NCBI RefSeq assembly: GCF_020085105.1
Contig: NC_058054.1
Location: 6,995,595 to 7,059,594, forward strand
Source of the DNA: Siniperca chuatsi
Lineage: Eukaryota
Direction of reading: 5' to 3'
DNA: 64,000 nucleotides
Shown here: positions 46,863 through 61,755 of the stretch, in pieces
Layout: the number at the start of each line of letters is the position of its first letter
Position numbering within the stretch: position 1 is the stretch's first letter
Position numbers and translations under genes: made by a program
The notes under the pieces: model-generated
Told to the model about the DNA's origin: nothing
Database searches by the model: none
The model's input: only the letters and a program-made list of their open reading frames with translations

Positions 46863-47103
46863 CTGCCGGACATGAGCGCACATTTAGAAATCATTATCCG
46901 TGATATTAAATGGAGGTTATAAGAAGCACTCCGAGAAATTGTGGCTGTGCATTCCTTGTGCGGTTGTTTCAGACTATGACTGTATTACATTTGTGACTGT
47001 GAGAACTTTCTGTGCTGTAGGTTTTAGTTTACAACTCATATAGTCACATTTTCACTTAGATAAATAAACCAAGCAGGGGTCAGACACTCTCCGCTCCCCA
47101 TTA

Positions 47104-47394
<291 letters not shown>

Positions 47395-48449
47395 TCAACT
47401 GGGCTTGGCTAAAATGGTTTATTTGTGCGTGGGGCTGTGACTATTACCAATAAATAAAAAAAAAAAACTAAAAAAAAAAAAACTAGGACTGTAACTAAAG
47501 TTTATTATTGACTAATTAATTGATCATTTTGATTCATCATCTTTGATGTGTCAGAAAATAGTGAAGAATGCTTATCACAATTTCCCAGAACCCAAAATGA
47601 CATTTTCAAAACTGCGCGTTTTGCCCGAACGACAGTCAAAAACCCAAAGCTATTTCATATACAGTGATATGACAAACGAGTCCAGCAGCAAATGTTTGGC
47701 CATTTTGTTTAATTACTGACTAGACAATTATTCAATTATCAAAATTGTTGCTGGTTAATTTTCTGTCAATCGACTAATCGTTTCAGCTCTAAATTGAATA
47801 ATTAAAATCAATTGTAGCTTATTATGTCTGAATAATTAAAAAAAGAGCCAAACGTGTTCAACTTGCAAAGAAATGAAATACAGATAAGCAGGAAATTCTT
47901 ACATTTTAGAAACTGAAACCAGCTAATGTCTGAGTTTTGTTTAATATATGATGATTGATTATCAAAAAAAACTTGTTTCAGCACTTATGTATCCACCACA
48001 CCTCCTAATTGATAGTATATTGCTAGCCTGTAGGGCTGGGGCGATTCATCATTCATTTGCATAACATGCATCAGAGCGTCACAATGACGTGTGGCTGCAC
48101 CCGGTCAAAGCATGGATTTCCCCGGAGAACAAGCTGCAGCTGAAAAACCTCGTCCACGATCATCTAAAAAAAAAAAAGCAGTGTGTCCCACACAGGTATA
48201 TTAACGGCCGCTAAAGTATATTGGCGACCCATTTTAGCACCGTGGCTGAGTAAATAGTGGACACTCTCCCCTCACTCTACCCCCCCTGCACATGGTTGTG
48301 CAGGATTTCAAATTTTTGAACTGTTGTACCACTTTATTACTTAAAAACAGCTTAGATGGTGCTAACATTCACTTTTCCTCACAAGTAAAAAGACTTCAGA
48401 ACATTACAACTGTGCAGTGCCCCGTTGCTTTTTGCTGCTACTCTCCCTA

Positions 48450-48704
<255 letters not shown>

Positions 48705-49006
48705 CTAAACATGAACAGACTGTGGTAAGACTGTACAGCTGTGGTGAATATGGACAATTTTATTCAATGGAGGTAAAAACTGTCCCCTACTCTTACACAC
48801 TGAAAGTAAAGAACATTATGAGTTTACTTTCACCGTTAACAAAACATTACTTGTATGCTCAATTTACAGCATTGTGCAAATGGGCAAGAGGGACAGGAAG
48901 AAATTCAGGAAATAGAGAAAATACTGACTTCTTAGTGACAGACAAAAAGGTGATTTGTCATTCTGTTTCTTTCAAACTGAGAGGCAAATGGAAACATTTT
49001 ACTCAC

Positions 49007-49057
49007 CTGTCGTAATAATCTCTCTGAAAGTCATAGTCGAGGTCAAATGAGGAACTG
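49007..49057 (-). CDS. hnrnpc: hnrnpc exon 3: [17 protein letters not shown]
   Basis: ttgaacag acceptor and GTGAGT donor (minus). Matches the conserved hnRNP C motif [21 protein letters not shown]. Confidence 0.8.
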
Positions 49058-49240
49058 CTGTTCAAGAAGAAGAATGGGAAGAGTCCATGTAAGCAAATAT
49101 GGAGACTGATTTTATTTACAGTACTTTTGTGGTTTAATTCCTGGCTAGATTTTTAGATTTCTCTCGCCACTTGTGGTATTTTTCTTGAAGTGCAGATTAA
49201 CAGCTGTGACGCTGGTAGTGTAAGTATCATTGTGACTGAC

Positions 49241-49313
49241 CTGTACATGTCTCCAGCTGAGCGTTTGGTGGTTTTTGACCGGTGTGGTTTGGGTTCTCCA
49301 GCCAGGTTGATGT
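49241..49313 (-). CDS. hnrnpc: hnrnpc exon 2: DINLAGEPKPHRSKTTKRSAGDMY
   Basis: ctgtttttctcag acceptor (minus) and GTCAGT donor. Phase continuity (1 in, 2 out). Matches hnRNP C DINLAAEPKVNRGK..AEMY. Confidence 0.75.
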
Positions 49314-50207
49314 CTGAGAAAAACAGATCACAGATAAATCAGAGAGTGATGCCAAGGACTTCGGAGCCAGTTCCTTTAATGTTCAGATTTTGTAAACAGT
49401 TGGGCAATTATTTACCTTTAAATTATATTTTGAAAATCATCATCATAAGAAACCGAATTGAATCAAACTGGAACATCTTGTCCTCAGCCGATCTCAAAAA
49501 CATTCCTGATCCGGCATCTCATTTTACTTACTGCTGGATGTTTACACAACACAAACTTACTTAAAATATTTGTACACTCAAAGTATAATCAAACTTTTTT
49601 GTGGGAAAAGCATGAGAAATTATTCAAAGCAGATTTTTTTGGTCTTAACACATGTCTGGATCTTTAACCTTGCAACAAAAAGCTAAAAATCTTCAGTTAA
49701 TAGTGCACCAGAACTTGAAATTTCAAAGCTGCAGCCTTGAAAGATTGACTGGCAATGAAAAGGCTTAAGTGTGTAGATTTTGTTTTTATTTTGTCCATAG
49801 CTTTCGCATCATTGTCTCCAACTGCAGTGGTTCCCACCTAGGAGGTCAGAAACCCTCCAAAGGGTCACAAGGTCAATATTGACTCAGGACAGGAAAGCAA
49901 AAAATAATATTAAATCAATTTCTATGTATGTTTTTTCTTCTTTAGGCTTTGCTCTACTCTTGTGTGAGGTACTTAATCATTTTACCTCCTAAAGGCCTTA
50001 AATTACCCAGATCAGTCTGAGAAGGGAAAATGACCCTTTGGCTAACTGTTACCAGCTATTAAAACATAAACAACCTTTGACAAAGAACCTTAAATAATAG
50101 CGCTTAGTTTTAAAAGGGATCATAAGCTCAAAAGGTTGGGAACCACTGTCCTACTGGAACCTGCTTTAAAGAAAAGATAAGAGCAGCTTTACCAAGGACG
50201 TGTCTTA

Positions 50208-51521
50208 TAGTGTTGTCAAAAATATCGATATTTTGATAAATATCGATACTGAAATATCTGAACGGTACCAATACTAATTTCCCGAAGTATCGATACTAGC
50301 CGCACTTTCACTTCTCTCCAAAGGCGCGTTGACGACCACCACACGAGCACTCGCACTCGTCTCATTCGCTCTGGTTAGCAAAAGTGAAGTGAATGGAAAG
50401 ATGGCGAGTGCAACGCCCACGCGACCGGCTTTGGTTGATAAGGAACACAGCAGGAGTGCTATCTGGAAATATTTTGCATATGAAGCAAATGAACATGGAA
50501 AGCCGAAGGACACAAGCAAGCCAATATGCAAGAGATGCTACAGAACAGTGCTAACAAAAGGCGCTAACACCACTAATATAGCAAAGCACCGTGAGAGACC
50601 GACACCCGGATCTGTATAAAGAATTTCTCGAGGTTGGTATTATTATTATACATTACTGACACTCTATCCTCCAATTTGATACTGTTAAGAGCTTTGACAC
50701 AATCTGTATTGTTAAAAGCACTATATAAATAAAGGTGACTTGACGACTTCATGTCGATCCAGGGAGCACTGTTTTCGCGTGTGATGCACGCACGTTTGCG
50801 TTTAAATCTGTTCATCAAATAACGTTAATGTATTAACCAGCTTTTATGACCGATGAGCAATGCATTTGTTACAGTATATTGTAATCTTTGATAACAGTAG
50901 GTATTAGGTAATAAAAATATAACAGATCATGTTAGCTCTGGTCCAATGAAAAAATATTAACAAATAGAACTTTGGATTTTAATTAGTACATGTATTAGTG
51001 AATGTTAGTTTAAATCAACTTTTAACTTTGATTAACAAATGTTTTGTAAGTATTTTTCATTGCTTATTCATGTTAACAAATATCTATTACCATTAACCTA
51101 AGTTCTTAGATTAGTTCATTCAGTTCAAAAACTGCAGCAACAGATTCCATTTAATTATTTTGTTTACTAATTTGATACTTGATGCATAAGATTGCACTGA
51201 TTTTGTTTTTGCTTGAAGTTTAAGTATCTTTTATTGACATTGTGATTTGATTTTACTTGGAAATACAAAAGATTGCACTTTTTTTTACTTGCATTTTATT
51301 GGTTTTTGAATGTAATGCAATCTGAGAGGCTTTTGAACAAGTGCACTACCTCAGGACAGTTTTGTTAATGTAAAATATATGTTCTAGACTTGTTATATTT
51401 AGCTTTAAATAAAAAAATAACCCCTTAATATTGTGGCAGTTTTTTTCTCCGTGGTATCGAATATCGATATTTTTCAAGGTATCGTATCGAAGTTAGAAAT
51501 TCTAGTATCGTGACAACACTA
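50208..51521. mobile_element. Non-autonomous hAT-family DNA transposon (1314 bp) in an hnrnpc intron. It has 11-bp terminal inverted repeats TAGTGTTGTCA and a perfect 8-bp target-site duplication GTGTCTTA (50200-50207 and 51522-51529).
   Basis: The inverted repeats and duplication can be read directly. Subterminal TATCGATA repeats lie at both ends. An internal + strand ORF at 50401-50619 reads ..SAIWKYFAYEANEHGKPKDTSKPICKRCYRTVLTKGANTTNIAKHRE.. This is a BED-type zinc-finger N-terminus characteristic of hAT transposases. The rest of the transposase is missing. Confidence 0.75.
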
Positions 51522-51558
51522 GTGTCTTATATTAAAAGTACAGTCATGAGAGTACCTA

Positions 51559-51984
<426 letters not shown>

Positions 51985-53296
51985 TCACCCCTCTGAACTA
52001 CTCCTGCTGCTGGGTCAAATACTGGAGAGTCCCCAGCTGTGGTGACTGTGAATCAGGACAACAGCGGACATGATCAGCAGGCTTTCCTGGGAAATTAAAA
52101 GGTTTAAATCAAAAATAGACCAGTGCTGACGACAGAGGAGAAAACTGCAGGAAGTTATGGGTTGATGTGAGGCCATTTACCCTGTTTGTATCAACAGGGG
52201 ACATGTGTCCAACCCTGTCCTAAATTTGATGTTTTGAAATTACTGAGGAATTGTCATCAGCCTTTCCTCGCAGCAAGTGTAGCTGCAGAATATTATTCCC
52301 TTCTTATTCAGTGACCACCAATTCCCTCAGTCTAAAAATAATCATAAGTGATTGAAAAAATAAAATAAAGAAAACGTTAATTTCTCATTTGGCACCACAT
52401 GCTCACACAAACCAGGAAAATGAATTAGATTACAGATTACACAAAGAGCATCCACATTTAAAGCCTGTAACAAACTCAAACACATACTGACCAGACAGTA
52501 TGTGTGGGATCATAGTACCGGCATCAAAATGACCCTTGCACACTGAATTATGAATTTGAGATGCAGCATTTACTAAGAACTAAAAAAGGTAACAGTAGCA
52601 TACGACCCTTTAAGTCATTAAGTTAACATCAGTGTATTTGTTTTAGCTATTCCAGTATATGAAGTGTGGTGCTGCTGTTATCAAGTGACTACTATATAGT
52701 ATTTATTTCATACCCCCCAGTGTTATATTGCAACATGTGAACTTTAGCATCACTATGAGGTATGTGTTTGGCTGTACAGGAGGCTAAACATTAGCTTGAT
52801 TTTAAAGCATCTGAATAACTGGGTTCTAGCATGCTACTGGACATTATATTCAAGGACTTTGAAATGGACCGTACAAGACATTAAAGCTCAGTTAAAAGAC
52901 TCAATACGGGTAACCGATAACTCTACTTGCACACCACAGAGGTGTCGCTGTTTTAGTCGAGACTTTGTGAAGTGATGACATCCTTGCTAAATCCCTTATA
53001 TTACAACTTTATCAAAACACAAATAACCATCACCAGTGTTTCCCAACAGGATGTTATATTTCAAGTGACAAGAAGTCACACCATTTCAAGGCAACCAATT
53101 CATTTTCAAAATGTTGAAAACCTATTAACTATCAAGGATTTCCAAGACAGTGGCATGTTTAAAGCCTAAGTGTTATTGCAAGGAACAACACATTTCAATT
53201 CCCTGGCATGACAGTAAGCTGCATGGTTCAAATCCCAGTAACCATCCTTCACTCCCACCTGAGTGACAGAAACAGGACCTGGAACCACTTGAAGGT

Positions 53297-53298
<2 letters not shown>

Positions 53299-53326
<28 letters not shown>
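53299..53326. repeat. (GA)n microsatellite
   Basis: GAGAGA... run followed by GATAGATA. Confidence 0.95.
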
Positions 53327-53331
<5 letters not shown>

Positions 53332-56140
53332 TATTTTACAGGGTTTACAGCAGGACTTGTCAAAATTATATATTTTCAATGTCACGTGCCAGCAAGTCTA
53401 CGTTTTCCAAAGCTGTGAGGTAGTCCTACTGTTAAGAGTTTGATGAGTTCAGGGTTTAGAGGTGGGTGATACAATAGAAATCTCACAATACTGTAAGTCA
53501 ATGTTCATTAACTGACATTTTGGGCAAGTCTATTTGTGCTTTTCAGTATTAAATCAGGGGTGGGCGATTTTGTTTCTGGGGATTTGTCAGGTGAATATGA
53601 AGGTGAAGCAGGGAGAAACAGTTACTGTTCGTTACACATGTTCAGAAACGTATAATTTAGCTGTAATGCGTCATTTAAGACCAGCAGAGGACACCATTTA
53701 AACTACACCACAATATTATAACTAGTCTGATATCATACTCTAAGCACCAACAATACCAGACTTATTTATATTACCTGGGGTCCTACAGGCTAAAAATATG
53801 TACTCTTCTGGTGCTGTAAAGCTGACCGGTCCTACTCTCGATATCCAATAAACAGGGTATATTACAATTATTCTAAGAGACACAAGGGAAGGTATGAGTA
53901 CCCAGTGAAGCCCAGAGCCTTGTGTGAATTTGGAGACAGGAAGTGAGCCCTGATACAGCAAACATGAAAACAGTAGTGGCATCAACAGTAACCCCCCTGG
54001 CTGACAGGGGGTCGAACATTCATCACTCACTCCATAGCGTCTGTGTGCAGGGCTGTCGTCTGTCTGATGTTTGACACTGTGGGCTGGGATCAGTTTGGGC
54101 TGGTGTCTCGACCTTCACCTTCGCCCCTCGCGATTTATACTGAGGTGACAGAAAACACACCTCAGTCAAGCTGAGCAGGGTTATCTCGTACCAAGTCTTA
54201 CCTGGGTGGAGAATGTACAAGAGTCACCGACGAGGCAAAAACAACTATTAAAAACACAAAGAGGTGTGTCTCTCCAAGAAAATCCCATTACAACTAAACC
54301 ACTATGGGACTGCAACCTGACCCTAATGCATGTTAAAGTGCAACATGTAATGCTATCAAACAGAAGCTGTGAGAAGTGGGAGAATACAGTCTAGAGATCC
54401 AAGTTTTAGAGAAACAAATCTAAACCTGGGACTGAACACAAAAGTGATAAAACCATTACATTCATATCACTAACTGGACAGAAAAGTGCATTGGGTAGGC
54501 CAGTTGGTCCACATGTGCTTATGTTTGTATAGCACTTATCAAAACACACCAAACATGGTACTATATAAGCAGTGTCTGTGAAGCCCTTTGAGAATAATGT
54601 CAGCAGAGGATCAACTTGAACGACAAGCCTTCTAACAAGTGTGTAAATAAACTCAATGTTACCTTGCAAAATCTTAAAACCGACAAATCATGTGAACCTA
54701 TCAAAAAGGCATTTTCATGTTTAGACAAATTGAAAGCAAATGTTGATTAGTGATGAGTCAAATATAACAACTAACAGGTAAGACTACATGAGCAAGATTA
54801 TTACATTTTATAGGAAAATCTCACAGGAGTTTTGCCAACAAGTAATTTATAGTCTAAACATGGGTAGTCCCATTTATTTCATACTCTTTAAACATGGAGG
54901 AATCAGTTTGGAGTGACATTAAAAACAGGTTAGGAATTAATGATCTCTAATATATGAATAAATCTAAACTAGCTGTGCATGAATATCATCATCATCATCA
55001 TCATTAACACAATAAAAATACTGCGGATTCAGGGAAAATAAGAGATTTCACTATTAGCACTCAATGTGATTATAGGACAACTCGTTAGCGTCCTGTGAAT
55101 GAAATCCTCCAGTGATGTGTTTGTAATGTCTTAGTATTTTTCACTTAAACACTTTTATTCATTGGCTTTTGTATCTAATGAAATGACTTAGTGAGGGTTT
55201 ATGAGTGTACCTGCGGCCTAGGAGTGAATATGAAGGCGTGAGTAGATTGATACACATAAAAAGCCATAATACTCTTTCAGATTGATAAATGTTTAATTAT
55301 TAAAATGTGTATTTGTAACGTTATGTAACAAAACTGAGGCCACTGGCAGTCCAAAGCTTCCAAAATCAGAAAAATCACTCTTCATCATGGGAGGAAGAAA
55401 AACACGGGGGGGAAAAAAAAAATCTACTCCACAAGAAAAAACAAACTGAGCAGTAACATGTGGCCAGAAAAGCAAAGTCTGGGGATTATCAAAAATTACC
55501 TAAACCATCCACAACACACCCGCCTGGAACACCGACAGCGCCATCACCTGGCTTTAGTGTGAACACAGCAGGCCCTGCGTTAGCCTCGGTGCCTCAAAGC
55601 CGGCTAGCATGGCTAACGTTAGCCAACCACCACTTGAAAAGCACAAAAAATACACAGACATCAGACCAGTTCCTCTGCTTGCAAAAACCAAAACCTGCAA
55701 AATTCTGATAAATCTGTAGTCGATAATCTGTAATCAATCATTGATGAGGATGAAGCTGCGACTATAAAACCAAAAGGAGCCTCTGACGTTGTTAGCTAGC
55801 GCTAGCTTAGCTGGTGGGCTAGCTGAGAAGCGTGCCAAAAACAAATCAGTCCCGTCAAGGAAAAGTCTTCACAATAAACGCTACAAAAACAAAGCTACAC
55901 AAACTTGCAAAAAGGGGGTGAAACTGTAGCTAAGGTGCATCCAAAGCTTCGTGTTTCTAAAAACCACAACCAGCGTTCGTGTATTTTTTTTTTGAGGGGG
56001 GATGAGCGTCTCCAAGTTAGCTACCTCGCTAGCCAGCACATTCTGTCCACTCGCAAAATAGAAAAAGCATCGTTGTAAAAAATCCAAAAAGAAAAGAAAA
56101 AGGAAGGAAAAATGAAAAATGTCTGGAACAAAATACTCAC

Positions 56141-56340
56141 CACGACCTTTACGAGTAAAATGTCTTGCTTTCGGTAAAATCTGTCAAATTGCTACTTGGG
56201 TCGTCCCTTTTGAGCACAAGCGATTCGCCCCCTTGAGCAGCGAGCTAGCTTTCTTCTAGCTACCGAGCTAACGTAAAGAGATGGCGCAGTGCTGGACGGA
56301 GGTGCTGGTTTTGTTTCACAGCGCAGTCCGAGGGAGCGGG
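56141..56340 (-). promoter_or_regulatory. hnrnpc: Candidate hnrnpc promoter and non-coding first exon (GTGAGT donor on minus immediately below 56141), about 4.2 kb upstream of the ATG exon
   Basis: CpG-containing block (..CGCAGTCCGAGGGAGCGGGGTCGGC..) with a strong minus-strand GTGAGT donor at 56140-56135. The surrounding sequence is rich in GCTAGC / GTTAGC palindromes. The transcription start site was not determined. Confidence 0.3.
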
Positions 56341-59300
56341 GTCGGCAACTGAGCTATCGCATAAAGAACACCACCTTCCCCGGTGTGACCTGCTGTATAA
56401 AACGTACTCACCTGTTGTCTTTGAAAATCAGTCCGTCCTGCCTCCAAATATCTTTGCTTTGATTTGCTTTTAACTTTGCTTTTGTAAACTAGCCAACGGC
56501 TATATGAGTGACAATCGTAAATTATGTCAATCTTAAGTCACAAACACGTTTTATTTCATGGTTTTAGTTCTCTTGGCAGGGTAAAAAATGAATTAAATGA
56601 ATTATTGCTAGTGTTATTCTACATGGCACCTGCATTTCTCTTTACACATGAAGGCTTTAAATAATTTGTGCTACATGATATATATTATCATGACGCAACC
56701 ACTTAAAGGAGATTTATGCCAAAACACAAAGCTTTTTTTTTTGTTTTGTTTTTGTGATTGGTGCACTTGTTCTCTTGTTGCTCTTGAAAATTGACACATC
56801 AAAGTGATAGACCTTTTTTTTAAACAGCTGACATACCGTGCAACTAATTGGCAATCAGCCTAATATATGTCACATATGCAGCTGTGATTAACTGTGACTT
56901 TTGTTTCCCTTTTTTGTGTGAGGTGTTTTCACTCATGTCTCCACCACCTAAACAACCTGCATCTTTGCTGTGTCTTTATTTCGATACAAGTTTGACTCCA
57001 GTTAAATGCAGCGAATAAATGTAACACCCCAGTTTGTAAATCAAACTGTATTTAAATATTGTACTTTTGTAAAGAGAGAACATAACACAACAAATCATTG
57101 GCGTATTACCACAGGAAGCCAGGAGGTGGCACTGCTGCTATGAAAATAAATGAATGGTGACATTTTGACAAACTGAAGATAAAAACTTACAATTGGGTTG
57201 TCTGCTTCTCTACGCTACACAAAATCTCTCACACACAGTAATCAAAATCAGAATAAAGGATTACGCCCCACTTAGATTATATTCATACTGGTTCTTGTAT
57301 GTCCCCAGTGCAGGACTGTTGGGACAATGTGTGATTTTGGTTTAACTACTGCATGTGGGACGGCAGATCAACCGAACATCCTGTTTCAGGTTCCTCATCT
57401 GGAATCACAAGAAAAAGCTCTAAAGATAGATAAGAAGTTTCATAAGAATAAAGTTTAGTAAGATGTTTAAAAGTCTCTCAAACACTCATGGTGCACCCAC
57501 AGTGGTGTTTTCATTTATTTTGTACTGATTAGACCTCATCACAGCAGCGCTTCACTCTCCTGTCAAAGCTGTTAAGGTGGGACAACTTGAATATTTCTCA
57601 TTATTGGTACATTAAGTGTGATTTCCTCACATAATTCTATTCATAGCTGTCTAATTTCAACCTGAGCACAGGTCTAATCAGCCAGAATAACTGAAAACAC
57701 CTGTGCGGGATATTTAAATCTAATGCCAATATTGTCAGATGAGTTGTCATCTTATCTCACACAAACCTCATCAAACAAACCAATCTTAAAAAATAACATG
57801 TAACACATTTGAGAGCTTTGCAGCATAAATCTGGTAAATGCAGCAATAAAACTACCCTTTATACATACACACACACACAGGAAATAATGAGCAGCTGTGC
57901 AGGCAGGTGGATAATGACAAATAAAGTCAGGTGATCCACAGAGGCAGGAAACTCACTGAGGACATCTAGTGCACAGGTGTTGTACAACAGAGGAAAAGCA
58001 CAGGTGTAACTGATAACACAAATGCTGACTTAGTTGCATTAAGTGTCCCAATAAACTGTGCAAGAGAGCCAGCATGCATACTACCTTATAGCACCTTATT
58101 GTGATGGAGTCATTGTCTATGTCATTAATTACACCTGTGCTGTTCCCGTTATGACAGTTGTCTCCAACCTTTTTGGCCTGTGACCAGCGGTGGAAGAAGT
58201 ACTCAGTAAAAGTAGCAATACCACAGTGTAGAAATACCGTTACAAGTAAAAGTACTGCATTAAAAATCTAAAATATCCTTAAAGTACCAAAAAGAAGTAC
58301 TCATTATACAGAATGGGCCATTTCAGAACAATGTAGCTGTTGCCGGGTAGCTTGTGAATTTCACTAAAGGCTCAATAAAGTCTAATCTTTATCCATCTGA
58401 ATCTGCAAAGAAACTAAAGGTATCAAATAGATGAGAAAAAGTACAATATTTCCCTCTGAATTATAGGGGAGTAGAAGTAGAAAGTAGCATAAAATGGAGA
58501 TACTCAAGTAAAGTACAAGTACCTCAAAATCGTACTTAAGTAAAGTGTAAGAGTGGTCTCATTTGCATCATTAGCTTGGCAGTGTTTATTTGATTAAATT
58601 AGATGTTAGATTAGAAACCTCAAAGCACCTCTATGCTTCTCATTGCATCAAAGGCCTTTTTCCGTGGAAGACATTTTGAGATGTCCCAGTAGGAAAAGCT
58701 CAGGTGTAAATAACAAAATGACAGATGGCTGAATTCCATTTAGCTGCTTCAGTTTCAAGGTCCTGGTCTTGTGTATGCTGGCTCACTGTCATGGCTGCCA
58801 CTGAGACACTTGATTAGAAGAGAGCCATCGTTACATTTGTGCTTTTCCTGCTGTGACAAGTCAAAAAGTCTGCTGTGAAAAATACCTATTAATAAATCTG
58901 AATGAATTTATTGCACCTGAGGAGGAAGAGAGACAGAAAGAGAAATGATGGCCAGTAAAAGAGACCAATACCAGCTGTTTTCTGTATCTAGTTACAAGAT
59001 GAAACCAATTTTTCATGGAAAATATGTTCTTTTGTGAATTGTTTTCACCCATCTGGTTTTGTTTTGAGCACCGTCCCAGAGGACTTGTTTACAGCTCTGT
59101 GCATCATCTCGGGAATAAGAAATATAACTCCGACTTGCAGTTTCACTGTGTAATCAGATATACAGATAAAAAGGTTTCTCTGCTTGTTTGCCTCCTTTGT
59201 GTATTTATGTCAATCTCAACAGTGCGAGGAAGGGCCAGATGTTTGACAGGCTGTCATACAGTATGTCCAAGTTTTGATGTGATTGGTACAAATGTGGGAG

Positions 59301-61589
59301 GGACAGGGAGTATACTTCACCTCCTGAATGTGATGATGAAGGTAATACTTAGCATTAATTTTTTACCCCAGTGTACATTATACAGAGCTGGTGATTACAG
59401 AGACACCATAGGAAATTCTGCAAGCCAAAAACCAGAATATGGTCAGTATGAGGTCAATACTGAGCACCACAAACACACAAAATTACAGGGATACTACTGG
59501 AAATAAAAAGAACATTAACTGCAAAAGGACCCATGTGAACTCACTATTAAGTACTAATGACACTCAGTTATTACATGGGAATATTAGTAAACCATAGGGG
59601 AGAAGCAGCTACAATACGTTATATTATATTTCTTTGATGCATGCAATCCTTTTCCATATATTTGGAGCAATTTGAGGTTCAGTGTTTTGCTTAAGAACAC
59701 TTTGACCTGTGGACAAGCTGAGAATGAACCACCAAACCTTTGATTGATGGCCGACTCACTCTTCCAAGTTAGACACATGCTTCAATATGACCTTTATTTA
59801 CTTTAACACAAGGTTAATTGTGATGCCATTAAAAAGGTATCAAGTAGCAGGTACATCACTGTAGATAGATCACCCAGAATGGGTTTCTATGAGAATATTG
59901 AGCTGCCTAACATAGAGACACAGTGGTGTCGATGTCGAATTATTATTGCATTATCTAGCAATACCATTTGGGACATCGCTCAGTGAGGTCCTTACTAGTA
60001 TTGGAAATAACTTTACAGAAGTTTCTCTTAACTAACTATTGAGCATGAGTCCCCATTACAGTGATATCACAGGAGATCAAAACACATACGATATCAAAAA
60101 GGTCACTATTAATGAATCACTGAGTATCACAAGCATTCAAAATCTGTTACCATTTCCTAAAAAGTTGCCCTCCACCCAAAAACGTGTTTTGCTTATTGTT
60201 ACTTGGATGTTTGAGCGTCACTGTGCAGAATGATGTATGTGCAGAGTTTGACACTAGAAGGCTGTCAAGTTTCTCTGCGCTCACCTTAAATCTGAGTTTA
60301 ACACGTGTACGTACGTTCAGGATTTTGCAACATCACAACCAGCTTGGAGGCCGAACGTGGTCCAATATGCAACTTACAAAAGTGTGATGTGGAAACTTGA
60401 AACCTCCAACACGCCAAATGGACTTTTCAGTGAAGTGGAAGACATCTTGTGTCCAGCTGTTAAACTTTTGAAATGAACAATATTTGCATAGATTCTGGGT
60501 TTTTCAATGAGGGAGGAGTAGATGTAAGAATTTTTAACTACGGAATTGAACTTTTTCATAACATATCAATTCAATTCAATTTTATTTATATAGCGCCAAT
60601 TCATAACAGAAGTTATCTCATTGCACTTTTCCTATAGAGCAGGTCTAGACTGTACTCTTTGTAATATTATCAGACACAAATCATTATTGCAGCAGAGTAT
60701 TTTTATATGTCTTAAACATGTCTGGAGGGAATATTTAATATATCATTTACTAATACTTTATAGAGCAGTTATAAGCCATTGTTAACGTAAACTTTTGGGT
60801 TGCCTGGTTGTGATGATTCTCTCTGGTTGATGAATAATTGATTGGAGAGTTCTTTACTTTTCCCACTTTCTAATAAACCACAAAAATTGCATTTATAAAG
60901 TTAGTAAGTTATTAATAAAGGGCAATAAACCATTAGATTATAATGGTATAATTAGATTAAGTTATAAATGTTATTGAGGGTCAAGAGTCAAAAGTTAGCC
61001 ATCTATACTGGCATATAATTGTTAATGAGTCCATAATAAAAAGGTTCAATAATGTTAATATGTGGTTGTAAATGTTAATACATTGTTAATAAACAGATTC
61101 TGATGCCCTGCAGCTGCTTTCCAGAAGGTCAGAGGTCAAATTGGAGTTTACACAGGAACTAAAGAACTAAAAAGACAAAGCAAGTGTGACACAGGAGGAG
61201 GATAAACACCAGCCCCCACCTGGCAACCCAGAAGTTGTTCTTATTAATGGCTTACAGTATAACTGATCTATACAACGTTAGTAAATTATTTATTAACCAT
61301 TAGTAAATGGTTGACAAATCATTAAAATCAATAAACGTTTTTGGCTCAATATAGTTACAACTTATAAACCCATTATAAAAGGTGACTTACTGGAAACATT
61401 TTATTGGAATAATATTAGAAAATATCACAGCAAAGCCACAGGCGATAATAATACCAATAAGCAGGGATGAGGTCATCATGAAGGAGTATAGGAACATTAT
61501 AACAGATTAAATAAATGCATATATGTTTTATTAAGTGACTTGAATTAGCTGCATCACATCTTCTGTTTATTAAGACAAAAAAAAAAAAC

Positions 61590-61755
61590 TGCTTGTGAGT
61601 GCATGCGTGTGCGCGCGCGCAGCAGCAAAGCAGATGCAGACAGAGCTCGCGGTGCAGAGAGCGCTGCTGTCACAGTGGGGAAGCACAATCCGCGTGCAGC
61701 CAGCGCGAGGCAGAGACCTACCAACAAGCTGTGAACTATGGCTGGACACAAAACG
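61590..61755 (+). other. GC-rich candidate first exon of an unidentified + strand gene (ATG at 61738; MAGHKT, then a GTAAGA donor at 61756)
   Basis: CpG-dense block (GCGTGTGCGCGCGCGCAGCAGC...CGCGGTGCAGAGAGCGCTGC) ending at a good donor right after a short open frame from an ATG in aactATGG context. No downstream exons identified. Confidence 0.25.

Noticed and set aside
56400-56412. Second minus-strand GTGAGT donor-like site 270 bp upstream of the proposed hnrnpc first-exon donor
   Set aside because: It cannot be combined with the 56141 donor without an implausibly short intron. It may mark an alternative transcription start site or exon, but that is undecidable without transcript data.
59015-59506. 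163-aa + ORF (MENMFFCELFSPIWFCFEHRPRGLV...)
   Set aside because: It has no homology, splice context or compositional bias, and sits in repeat-rich sequence next to copies of the GTGCTTTTCCTG...GCTGTGAA repeat. It is probably a chance ORF.
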